Assembly: GCA_944350015.1 (NCBI GenBank)
Contig: CALVNW010000001.1
Location: 115,183-179,182 of the forward strand
DNA from: an uncultured Clostridia bacterium
GTDB taxonomy: Bacteria > Bacillota > Clostridia > Christensenellales > UBA1242
DNA length: 64,000 nucleotides
Reading direction: 5' to 3'
The number at the start of each line of letters is the position of its first letter. Position 1 is the first letter of the stretch. Shown here piece by piece: positions 56,228 to 64,000 of this stretch. A program made the position numbers and the translations under genes. The notes under the pieces are model-generated. The model worked only from the letters and a program-made list of their open reading frames with translations, did no database searches and was not told the DNA's origin.

Positions 56228-57367
56228 TTAATCTTCATTATGGTGACCACAATGTTCGTGCCCACAGCCACAATCATCATCAAAATCAACGATTTCAATG
56301 TACTTATCAAGGTTGTGTGCTTTGTAAAGGTTTTCAGGCATTTGGTCGGTAGTTGTGTAACCAGGTTCAGCGCAAAGCACCTCAACAATTCGGTTGATTA
56401 CGGATGCACAGGTAAGCTCAGCTGTCGAAGGTCTTTCAACAACTACGCGAGTAGTTGGCTCGCCAATGATAGTCCAGTCATTACAGTCAAAGTCATTTGG
56501 TCCATAAACCTTACCGATACATTCGCTTTCAATGACTGTGCCTTCTTTTGTCTCTGTTGTAACAACGGCGCTAAGTCCTGTGCAGTGACCTTTTGGAATA
56601 GTCATACCAAGAGTTTCGCTGTGAATTTCTTCTTCTGCAATAATAGGAACAGATTTTTGAGTCTGTCTTGTTACGTGAAGACCAAGCTTAGAACAAAGCC
56701 AGCCGTTTACATTCCACATATAACTAGGAGCAAACTGCCCAGCATTTATAACTTTTTTAAGCTCTTCATCGCTCATCTTTTCTTTTTCTACAATTTCTCT
56801 TTGGAACTGAGCCTTGGTAAAACCAGCCCCGTGAACTTTAGCAAGGCTAACACCATAATCTTCAACATTATAGCTAGACCTTCCTTTAATTTTAACAATT
56901 TTGTGTGTTGCACCACCAATGACACTTATAAGGTTGCCCCAGAACACGTCTTGATAACCGCTTCCGCAAATTGTACAACCATTTTCTTTTGCAAGTTTAT
57001 CGAGTTTCTTTGCAAGTTTTGGTGAAGAATTTTGAGCATAAAATGCCTCTTCACAAGTTGAAATGGCGTTTACACCATTCTTAGCACAGATTTCATAGAT
57101 AGGGTAGTTTTCAGCAAAGATGCTTGTTGTTGTGACGATAGCCACATCTACATCGTGAGTTTTGAGGAACTCATCAAACTCTTTTGCATCCTGAATTTTA
57201 ACGTTAAGCTTTTTATCGCTGTCTATAAGATAGGATATATCTTTGCCAATTTTGCTTTCATCAATATCGAAAGCACCGACAATTTTTACACCTTTTTCGA
57301 GCGCATATTTGATTGTGAACTTGCTCATTTTTCCACAACCATATTGAACCATAGTAATTTTTCTCAT
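56228..57367 (-). CDS. NAD(P)-binding oxidoreductase (DapB-like / amine dehydrogenase family) with His/Cys-rich C-terminal tail
   Basis: N-terminal Rossmann pattern VQYGCGKMSK. It resembles the 2,4-diaminopentanoate dehydrogenase family. The tail is DDDCGCGHEHCGHHNED. The start is set after GGAGG. Confidence 0.5.
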   Translation of the reverse strand: MRKITMVQYGCGKMSKFTIKYALEKGVKIVGAFDIDESKIGKDISYLIDSDKKLNVKIQDAKEFDEFLKTHDVDVAIVTTTSIFAENYPIYEICAKNGVNAISTCEEAFYAQNSSPKLAKKLDKLAKENGCTICGSGYQDVFWGNLISVIGGATHKIVKIKGRSSYNVEDYGVSLAKVHGAGFTKAQFQREIVEKEKMSDEELKKVINAGQFAPSYMWNVNGWLCSKLGLHVTRQTQKSVPIIAEEEIHSETLGMTIPKGHCTGLSAVVTTETKEGTVIESECIGKVYGPNDFDCNDWTIIGEPTTRVVVERPSTAELTCASVINRIVEVLCAEPGYTTTDQMPENLYKAHNLDKYIEIVDFDDDCGCGHEHCGHHNED

Positions 57368-57518
57368 ACTAACCTCCAAGATTAGTATACCAATAACAAG
57401 GCATTTATACAAATGATTTGCAAAATTTTTTGTATAGATTTTTTAAATTTGTTTTTTAATAAAGATATTATTGTGACCTTATTTCAAAGATAATTTTGGG
57501 AAAATAGTTGTTAATTTA

Positions 57519-57556
57519 CAAAAAAAGAGGCAAATATGCGATTTTTTACCTCTTTT
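57519..57556 (-). terminator. intrinsic terminator of uvrC
   Basis: The minus strand has an AAAGAGG...CCTCTTT stem followed by TTTTTTTG. Confidence 0.5.
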
Positions 57557-57583
57557 AGCTATTTAACCTTTGATTTTGTCCAC

Positions 57584-59428
57584 TTATTCTTCTGGCTTAT
57601 ATTCAATAGGATTATCTTTAAAATATTGATGTATGGTAGAGGCGAGGGCGGGCGAAATCCCTGGCACAGATGCAAGCATATCAATGTCAGCCTTTGCAAT
57701 TTCTTCGCTTGTGCCGAAAGCCTTTAGTAGGGCATCGCGTTTCTTTGGTCCAACGCCGTTTATATCATCAAGCATTGTTTTAATCTGCTTTTGCGTTCTG
57801 ATGTAACGGTGGTAGGTGATTGCAAACCTATGCGCCTCATCTCTTATGCGCTGAAGGAGCTTAAGTTCGGCGCTTCCTGCCTTTAAAATCACAGGCTTTG
57901 GATTGTTCGGAAAGAAAACCTCTTCAATTCGCTTTGCAAGCCCTATGATTTCAATATCATTTTCAAAGCCGAACTCCTTTAGTATCTCGTAGCAAGTTGA
58001 AACCTGCCCTTTGCCACCATCAATGATGATAAGGTTTGGTTTTTCACTAAAACTTTCGCCATTTTGTTCTTTCAAACGCTTTAGTCTACGCGACAATGCT
58101 TCTGCAAGTGAAGCAAAATCGTTGGAGCCTTTGACAGACTTAATCTTAAACTTGCGATAATCTTTTTTAGACGCCTCGCCATTTTTGAACACCACCATCG
58201 AGCAGACCTTATTCGTTCCGCTGATGTTGGATATATCATAGCATTCCATACGCATTGGCGCCTCTTTAAGAGTAAGCTTTTCTTGCAAGCTCTTGACAGC
58301 GCCAAGGGTGTTGTTGTATTTAAGCCTTTCTTTTTCGATAAATTTGTTTAAGTATTCTTTTGCATTGACAAGTGCCATATCAAGCAAGTTTTTGTTTATG
58401 CCGTGTGGGCTTGTGATAATGTTAACCTTTTTGCCTAGCACCTGCCAAAGCAGATTTTTGTTATCTTCGTCAATATCGTGTGATAGGATTATTTCATTTG
58501 GCACAAGAAGATTTTGATAATACTGCACAACAAAGTTAAACAGCGTTTCACTCTCTTCAAGTTCGGCGTCAAGACAAGGGTAGGAGATGATACCAAGTAT
58601 CTTCCCGCCACGTACAACCATATATGTGATAACTCCGCTCAAGCCGTCAGTGTAATAGGCAAAGACGTCCTTACTTACATCTTTTGGAAGGTTAGCAACT
58701 ACGCGCTGTTTCAACTTTTCAACCATTTTGAGTCGGTCGCGATAGAGTATGGCGTTCTCATAATTTTCATTTTCAGAGGCATTAAGCATCTTTTTTGTTA
58801 AAATTTCTTCTATTTCATCGTCATTTCCATTTAAAAAGTTGATAACTTTATCTATTTCCTTGAGGTAATCCTCTCTATTTATCTTCTTCGTGCAAGGCGC
58901 ATTGCAAAGTCCGAGACTATAGTTTAAGCATTCGCGCTTTGCCATTGACGATTCTGTGATTTTTAGGTTGCAGGTGCGCAGTTTAAAGGCAGAATTGATG
59001 GTCTTTGCAATCTCACGCACGTCGATACCAGCAAAGTAAGGACCAAAATATTTTGCACCATCCTTTTTGACCTTACGCACAATTTCAATCTTAGGAAAGG
59101 GGGCTTTTAAGTCAATTTTGATGTAAGGGAATTGCTTGCCATCCTTTAAAAGAATGTTATAAAAAGGTTGATATTTTTTGATAAGATTGCTCTCAAGTGC
59201 AAGCGCATCCATCTCACTCATAGTTATAAAGTAGTCAAAGATGTCAACATTGTCCACCATTGCCTGCACTTTAGAGGGTTTTGGCGAATTTCTGAAATAT
59301 TGACTAACCCTATTTTTAAGATTTTTAGCCTTGCCAACGTAAATGACATTGCCATCTTTATCTCGCATTATATAGACGCCAGGCTTGGTAGTTAAAAGTT
59401 TAAGTTTTTCTCTAATTTGCTCATTCAT
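57584..59428 (-). CDS. uvrC: excinuclease ABC subunit C
   Basis: GIY-YIG N-terminus (PGVYIMRDKDGNVIYVGKAKNLKNRVSQYF), UVR domain, and C-terminal HhH (GVGPKKRDALLKAFG). Confidence 0.92.
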   Translation of the reverse strand: MNEQIREKLKLLTTKPGVYIMRDKDGNVIYVGKAKNLKNRVSQYFRNSPKPSKVQAMVDNVDIFDYFITMSEMDALALESNLIKKYQPFYNILLKDGKQFPYIKIDLKAPFPKIEIVRKVKKDGAKYFGPYFAGIDVREIAKTINSAFKLRTCNLKITESSMAKRECLNYSLGLCNAPCTKKINREDYLKEIDKVINFLNGNDDEIEEILTKKMLNASENENYENAILYRDRLKMVEKLKQRVVANLPKDVSKDVFAYYTDGLSGVITYMVVRGGKILGIISYPCLDAELEESETLFNFVVQYYQNLLVPNEIILSHDIDEDNKNLLWQVLGKKVNIITSPHGINKNLLDMALVNAKEYLNKFIEKERLKYNNTLGAVKSLQEKLTLKEAPMRMECYDISNISGTNKVCSMVVFKNGEASKKDYRKFKIKSVKGSNDFASLAEALSRRLKRLKEQNGESFSEKPNLIIIDGGKGQVSTCYEILKEFGFENDIEIIGLAKRIEEVFFPNNPKPVILKAGSAELKLLQRIRDEAHRFAITYHRYIRTQKQIKTMLDDINGVGPKKRDALLKAFGTSEEIAKADIDMLASVPGISPALASTIHQYFKDNPIEYKPEE

Positions 59429-59434
59429 ATAGAT

Positions 59435-59463
59435 ATTATAAACAAAGGCACTATTTATTACAA
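59435..59463 (-). promoter_or_regulatory. uvrC promoter TTGTAA-17-TATAAT placed for a leaderless transcript
   Basis: On the minus strand the -35 is at 59463-59458 and the -10 at 59440-59435. The ATG at 59428 begins 7 nt after the last base of the -10. No SD. Confidence 0.55.
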
Positions 59464-59545
59464 GTTTTTATTTTTGTTTTTTATATAATTTTGAAGTTTA
59501 AAACTCCTAGTTTATTAAAAAACAGCTATAAATATCAAATAAACC

Positions 59546-59573
59546 TTGACAACAAGGCGTTTTGTATTATAAT
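59546..59573 (+). promoter_or_regulatory. promoter TTGACA-16-TATAAT placed for a leaderless transcript of the dual-HEPN-motif gene
   Basis: The -35 is at 59546-59551 and the -10 at 59568-59573. The ATG at 59580 begins 7 nt after the last base of the -10. Confidence 0.55.
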
Positions 59574-59579
59574 TATATT

Positions 59580-61064
59580 ATGTTTGAATTAGATGAGATA
59601 GTAAACAGATATAAGCCACTATTTTGCTTTAAACTCGTTATGGATGAGATTGACAAAAATCCTGATTTAAGTTTAAAATCTGCCTTTAAAAAGGTGGTTA
59701 AGTTTAAAGATGACAAAGAATTTGAAATGCTTAGTAACTTTGTGTTAGGCTATGCCAGCGGTCAATTTATCAATGAGATTTTTGTTTTTATGGAAGAGTT
59801 TGTTGACAATAATCTTGTTGTCAATAATTTTACCAAGAAAAATGATTATGATGACGTATTAAACGAAATTTTTAAGGATTATCCAGAGCTGAAAAACGAA
59901 AGTCCAAGTCAAATTTTTAAAAGTCTAAGGAATGCGTTTGCGCATCGTCAAATAAAGGAACAACTTGATGGCTATGGTCATTACAACCTTCGATATTATT
60001 CTCAAAGCCAAAAGCGAGGGTATGATTTAGAGGTGAAAGCCTCGCAAATGTTAACATTTTTGCTTTTATATTTTCATAGTTGCCAAGAGACTGATTGGGG
60101 ATATAAGTGTAATATGGAAAAGGCAAGGCCATATTTTGATATAAAAACTATTAATATTTTCTTTAGAAAAGCAGTTTTTAAGAGCATAAATGAAACCACA
60201 AAAGAAACAAAACGGGTAGTACTAGACGATTGGCAACGTGAGTGTATGACGACATTATTTTTGGCGCATAAAGTGGAAAAAATAAGCATAAATTTCCTTT
60301 TGATGAAGGTTTTACCTGGCTCAACTGCGAAAATTATGGAAAAATTTAGGCAAACATTGATGCTAAGTTATGTATTGAATTCAAACAAGGACCTTCCATA
60401 CAAAGAGGCTTTTCGTCTAAGTGCAGAGTTTATTGCGCGACTTATGCCAAGTGATCTAACTTACAAAAATTGGGATATTTATAAGGATGCAAATAGCGAC
60501 CTATATAAATACGCTCTTCACGACTGCTCTGCTAAGATGGTCTCATCAAACGCTCTGATTTCCTGCGTAAGTTACCTTTTAAGCCAACTTGAATGTAGAC
60601 ATCTGTTATATAAACTTGCCTCACGCGAGCCACTAGCAAAGTATTTTCAAAATATGAGTGAGCAGGAGAGTGCAAGACGATGTAAGCGTATAAGAAACTC
60701 GCTTGTGCACGGAAGATATATATTTGACTGTGATATAAAAGTTTATTTGTATGACGGAAAAGATAAGGACCATCTTGAGAAGATAATGACCTTAGACCTA
60801 AACGATTTTGAGCGCCTGTCACGTGAGGCAATAGACGTACTTGAAGAGAGCCTTGAGGGACAAGCAGAAGGGGAGGCAAGCACAAATACCACTTCTCAAA
60901 TGCCAAACGCAAACGATGGAGATTCGCAGCACTTACAAACACAAAATGCAAACGATGACAATATTCAAAATCCGCAAATACAAAACATAGGCAATGCTAG
61001 TGTAGTTTCGCAAACGCCAGATAGCCAAATTAATCAAAGTGACGATGAAGAAGAAATTGAATAA
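59580..61064 (+). CDS. uncharacterised protein with two RNxxxH (HEPN-like) motifs and an acidic/Gln-Asn-rich tail
   Basis: SLRNAFAHRQ (nt 59928-59945) and RIRNSLVHGRY (nt 60693-60710). The start was moved from the TTG at 59562, which contains the -10, to the ATG at 59580. Confidence 0.6.
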   Translation: MFELDEIVNRYKPLFCFKLVMDEIDKNPDLSLKSAFKKVVKFKDDKEFEMLSNFVLGYASGQFINEIFVFMEEFVDNNLVVNNFTKKNDYDDVLNEIFKDYPELKNESPSQIFKSLRNAFAHRQIKEQLDGYGHYNLRYYSQSQKRGYDLEVKASQMLTFLLLYFHSCQETDWGYKCNMEKARPYFDIKTINIFFRKAVFKSINETTKETKRVVLDDWQRECMTTLFLAHKVEKISINFLLMKVLPGSTAKIMEKFRQTLMLSYVLNSNKDLPYKEAFRLSAEFIARLMPSDLTYKNWDIYKDANSDLYKYALHDCSAKMVSSNALISCVSYLLSQLECRHLLYKLASREPLAKYFQNMSEQESARRCKRIRNSLVHGRYIFDCDIKVYLYDGKDKDHLEKIMTLDLNDFERLSREAIDVLEESLEGQAEGEASTNTTSQMPNANDGDSQHLQTQNANDDNIQNPQIQNIGNASVVSQTPDSQINQSDDEEEIE

Positions 61065-61105
61065 AAAATGGCTTTAATGAAGGTTTCAAAAAAGCCATTT
61101 TTTTG
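61063..61105. terminator. bidirectional intrinsic terminator
   Basis: AAATGGCTTT...AAAGCCATTT stem flanked by AAAAAA and TTTTTTT. Confidence 0.65.
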
Positions 61106-61276
61106 TATATAAAGATATATTATTTTAATTATTCTATGTAAATAAATTTAAAGCCCATTTTTTGCAAAAAAATAGAAATTATAGTATACCATAGAAGATT
61201 AAATATGCTCAGCGCCATATAATTTTCAAGGCGAGTTTAAACTAGATAATTAGTTTATATTGATTTTTAACCAAAA

Positions 61277-62644
61277 TTACCTTTTATATTCTTTTAAATA
61301 CTCATCAAAACTTTTGTTTTGTATGCGTTTTGACTTTTGCAAAATAAATTTGCACTCTTCTTTTGAAAGAAGAGCTTGCTCTCCTGTAGTCATATTTTTT
61401 AGAGTGTACCTATCAGTCTGTTGTTCCTCTTCGCCAATTATGATTACATAAGGTATTTGTTTTCTGTTTGCTTCTTTCATCTTTGACTTAAAATTGCGCT
61501 CTTCATAGTTGACTTCACTAATAATGCTGTTGCCAAGGTAGGTTTTAAGCTTAAGGGCAGTTATCAAATAGTCATTTCCCATCGGCAAGATTTGAACTTT
61601 CACATTTGTAGGCTTAACTTCTGGAAGCAGTCCACTACTATCAAGCAGGTCAAAAAGCCTTGTAAGCCCAATGCTGAGCCCAACCCCTGGCATTTTCTTA
61701 TCGGTATAGTAAGAGGCGAGATTGTCATATCTGCCACCACCACAGACGGTAGAAAACTCAGGATGCTCTGGCATCTTCGCTTCAAAAACCGTACCCGTAT
61801 AGTAATTTTGCCCACGAATAACGCCAATGTCGAGAATATAGTTGTTCTCACTGACATTTGTTGCCTTAAGGTAGGAGTGAATTTCTTCAAGCTCTCTAAC
61901 ACCTTTTTCATAGGTTTCGTTAGTGCAGATGCCTTTAATTTTTTCAAGCACACTATCAAAACTGCCTCGCATTAAGGTTAAATCTATAAGCTTTTGGCAC
62001 TGATTTGAGTCAGGGATAAAAACGCTAAGCTCGATAAGTGCATTCTCTTTTCCGATTTTATCAATCTTATCAAGTATTGTAAGGATGTCAGAGGCGCTTT
62101 GGCTTAGCCCTAAACTTTCTATGTAGCCAAACAAGATGTTTCTATTTGATATGTGGTTGACGATTTTAAGGTTGAGCGCCTTAAAGACCTTGTCAACTAT
62201 CTCCAAGATTTCGCCGTCAGCTGTGACGGGAAGATTGTCTAGCCCTACAATATCGGCATCACACTGATAGAACTCTCTAAATCTGCCTTTTTGAGCCTTT
62301 TCACCGCGGTATACCTTGCCGATTTGATAGCGTTTAAAAGGGAATGCAATGTCATTTGCGTTCATTGCAACATATCTTGCAAGTGGAACAGTGAGGTCGT
62401 AGCGCATACAGATATCGGTGTCGCCTTTTTTGAAGGCATAAACCTCTTTATCTATGGATCCGCCAGACTTTGCCATCAAGATTTCGCTATATTCTAGCAC
62501 AGGGGTGTCAAGTGGCATAAATGCAGAGTTTTTATATACCTTTCGAATTTTTTCAACCATATCGTCAAAAAGCATCTGCTTGCTTGGTGAAAGCTCCATA
62601 AAGCCCGACAATTTTCGCGGGCAAATCAACTTTTTTTCATTCAT
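61277..62644 (-). CDS. hisS: histidine--tRNA ligase
   Basis: Class II core motifs (FKRYQIGKVYRGEKAQKGRFREFYQCD, GGGRYDNL) and a C-terminal anticodon-binding domain. The start is set at MNEKKL after AGGAG. Confidence 0.85.
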   Translation of the reverse strand: MNEKKLICPRKLSGFMELSPSKQMLFDDMVEKIRKVYKNSAFMPLDTPVLEYSEILMAKSGGSIDKEVYAFKKGDTDICMRYDLTVPLARYVAMNANDIAFPFKRYQIGKVYRGEKAQKGRFREFYQCDADIVGLDNLPVTADGEILEIVDKVFKALNLKIVNHISNRNILFGYIESLGLSQSASDILTILDKIDKIGKENALIELSVFIPDSNQCQKLIDLTLMRGSFDSVLEKIKGICTNETYEKGVRELEEIHSYLKATNVSENNYILDIGVIRGQNYYTGTVFEAKMPEHPEFSTVCGGGRYDNLASYYTDKKMPGVGLSIGLTRLFDLLDSSGLLPEVKPTNVKVQILPMGNDYLITALKLKTYLGNSIISEVNYEERNFKSKMKEANRKQIPYVIIIGEEEQQTDRYTLKNMTTGEQALLSKEECKFILQKSKRIQNKSFDEYLKEYKR

Positions 62645-62753
62645 AATAACTCCTAATAATTTAATAAGATATAGTGCGAGGGGAACATTATCATCTATTT
62701 CAACTGCCAAGTGACTATCCTTACAACAGCTCGCACGCCTAACTTCTGATAAG

Positions 62754-62781
62754 ATTATATCACAATTTGTTAATATAACAA
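62754..62781 (-). promoter_or_regulatory. candidate hisS promoter TTGTTA-16-TGaTATAAT
   Basis: On the minus strand the -35 is at 62781-62776 and the -10 at 62759-62754. This leaves a ~100-nt leader. Confidence 0.4.
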
Positions 62782-62972
62782 ACAAATTTGCAAAATGATT
62801 GACTTTGAGATTATAAGTAGATTTTAAAGTCGCATAGATAAAACACTTGCCTTACACGACCAAATATTAAAAAGCTTCAATCTCGATAAATTTGTAGTTA
62901 TACATCTTGTAGCTTACATTTAGCTTGCCATTATCACAAACGGGTAGTGTAATTTTAAAGAAAATACGCAAA

Positions 62973-63304
62973 GATAACCACAAAAGTTATCCACATTTCC
63001 ACACTCAAATAATTATGCAAAACTATTAATTTTTATGCAAAACCAGTTATTTTTGGGGTTATACAGGCAAGTTATCCACATTTCCACATTAAAATTTTGT
63101 TTTTGTGGCAGTTTTTTGTGTTTTTGATTAAAAATTTTTTAAATTTTTTTTGAAAAATATATCAATTCACTTGACAATTTTTGCTGGGCGGTTTTTGCTG
63201 TGAAATTTTTTGTCGATATAGTTATAAATTCATATATATTTTTTAGCGCTATTTGTATATTTATTAATATTTTTGTTGTATTTATCCACCACTAGGTGTG
63301 GAAA
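62973..63304. promoter_or_regulatory. DnaA-box cluster with adjacent AT-rich tract
   Basis: Perfect TTATCCACA at 62986-62994 and 63071-63079, each within a 20-bp direct repeat AAGTTATCCACATTTCCACA. An inverted pair TTATCCACC (63281-63289) and TGTGGAAAA (63296-63304). A weaker ATAACCACA at 62973-62981. Confidence 0.6.
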
Positions 63305-63333
63305 ACTTGAAAAAACCGTAAATTTTTTAAGGT

Positions 63334-64000
63334 CTATTCTACTACTTCGATATTTTTTAACATATGGCTAGGCTCTTTTTCGCAGGTAAAAAATAGTTTG
63401 TGAAGGGCTCTAGTTGAAGATACATATAAAATATTTTTGTCAATGGTGTTTTTGTAGTTTTCACTATCTGCATTTGGAATGATTACAGCGTCAAACTCGA
63501 TACCTTTGGCGGTAGCGCAGGTTGTTACAAGCACTCTGTTGTTGTAATCTTCTGGCTGGGTAAGCATTGTGCAGGTTATAAGCTTTGAAAGTTTCTTGTA
63601 AACGCCTTCAGCCTCTTTGTTGCATTTGCAGATTATGGCAATGTGGTCAAACTTTTTGCATTCATTTTCTATTATTTCGCTTATAGTCTGTTCTTGGTTA
63701 ACAGCGAGGTAGATACAAGGTTCGTCACCATTACGGTTTACATATTCTATATTACTTTGACCTATGAGGCTACTTGCAAATTTTGCAATTTGCTTTGTCG
63801 AACGGTAGGTCTTGTTAAGCTCAATGAGCTTACAACCTAAAAAGTCGGCTGTGATTTGCAGGTATTCGTCTGACACATTCTTTTCAATGCATTGATTGAC
63901 GTCGCCAACTACTATGCAAGGGCAGTTCCATAACTTTTTAAAGAGGTAGATATCAACAGGGGTGAAGTCTTGCATTTCGTCAACAATAAGGTATTTGGCT
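63334..64000 (-). CDS. UvrD/Rep-family helicase, C-terminal part (5' end beyond window)
   Basis: The frame is open to the window edge (…AKYLIVDEMQDF is Walker B/motif II). C-terminal TTCATAKGIEFDAVIIP and YVSSTRALHKLFF (motif VI-like). Confidence 0.7.
   Translation of the reverse strand, partial: AKYLIVDEMQDFTPVDIYLFKKLWNCPCIVVGDVNQCIEKNVSDEYLQITADFLGCKLIELNKTYRSTKQIAKFASSLIGQSNIEYVNRNGDEPCIYLAVNQEQTISEIIENECKKFDHIAIICKCNKEAEGVYKKLSKLITCTMLTQPEDYNNRVLVTTCATAKGIEFDAVIIPNADSENYKNTIDKNILYVSSTRALHKLFFTCEKEPSHMLKNIEVVE

Noticed and set aside
56240-57025. 261-aa plus-strand ORF
   Set aside because: It is entirely antisense to the well-supported oxidoreductase gene, has no RBS, and has an odd composition rich in Phe, Cys and Asn.
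62645-62753. T-box leader expected upstream of a Firmicutes aminoacyl-tRNA synthetase gene (hisS)
   Set aside because: The leader is only ~100 nt. I could not find the conserved T-box sequence (AATTAGGGTGGTACCGCG-like), a specifier-loop arrangement or a terminator/antiterminator pair. Only a long-range GTGCGAG/CTCGCAC pairing is present.
62973-63304. Chromosomal origin of replication (oriC)
   Set aside because: This is not excluded, but no dnaA or dnaN is adjacent. The predominant plus-strand orientation of genes across 1-51 kb conflicts with a fork leaving this site leftward. It is therefore reported only as a DnaA-box cluster.

Overview
This 64-kb window looks like chromosome from a low-GC, probably anaerobic Firmicutes-like bacterium. 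It uses the standard code; TGA acts as a stop, for example in the ATGA overlap at 22067. I did not identify the organism. Most of the window is housekeeping. It includes a giant surface-like protein, cls, a MerR regulator, a U32 peptidase, desulfoferrodoxin, a ComEC-type MBL hydrolase and an RmlA-like gene. It also holds a folD-folA-glyA-thyA thymidylate-cycle block, rnhB, zupT, an LtaS-like sulfatase, alr, tmk, uvrC and hisS. The accessory core lies at about 28.4-41.0 kb and is organised around tRNA-Arg(ACG) sequences. It starts with a 3' half of a canonical-looking tRNA-Arg at 28416-28460. A very AT-rich 7-gene island follows at 28.8-35.1 kb: two TMK/dNK-like kinases, a SPASM radical SAM, a B12-type radical SAM, a membrane GT2, a Nudix hydrolase and a methyltransferase. 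I do not recognise this combination as a described system, and it is my top candidate. After it come an integrase pseudogene and an internally deleted mini-tRNA copy at 35645-35698. A decaying integrative element occupies 35.7-40.7 kb, with one intact tyrosine integrase, an xis-like gene, an integrase remnant and frameshifted genes. A divergent but intact tRNA-Arg(ACG) sits at 40748-40822, and the missing D-arm/anticodon piece of the first tRNA is at 40983-41012. Other items worth a second look: an Hhe-like 1271-aa helicase-nuclease, and a leaderless protein with two RNxxxH (HEPN-like) motifs between uvrC and hisS. Also notable are a 1537-aa XRE-HTH/TM/S1-protease/repeat fusion, a ThyA with a ~110-aa insertion, and a ~100-nt four-way junction built from perfect palindromes. 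A DnaA-box cluster lies upstream of hisS, and at least six genes have a -10 hexamer 6-7 nt before the ATG, which suggests leaderless mRNAs. No CRISPR array, rRNA or recognisable riboswitch was found. All calls rest on reading the sequence and remembered family motifs; no searches were run.
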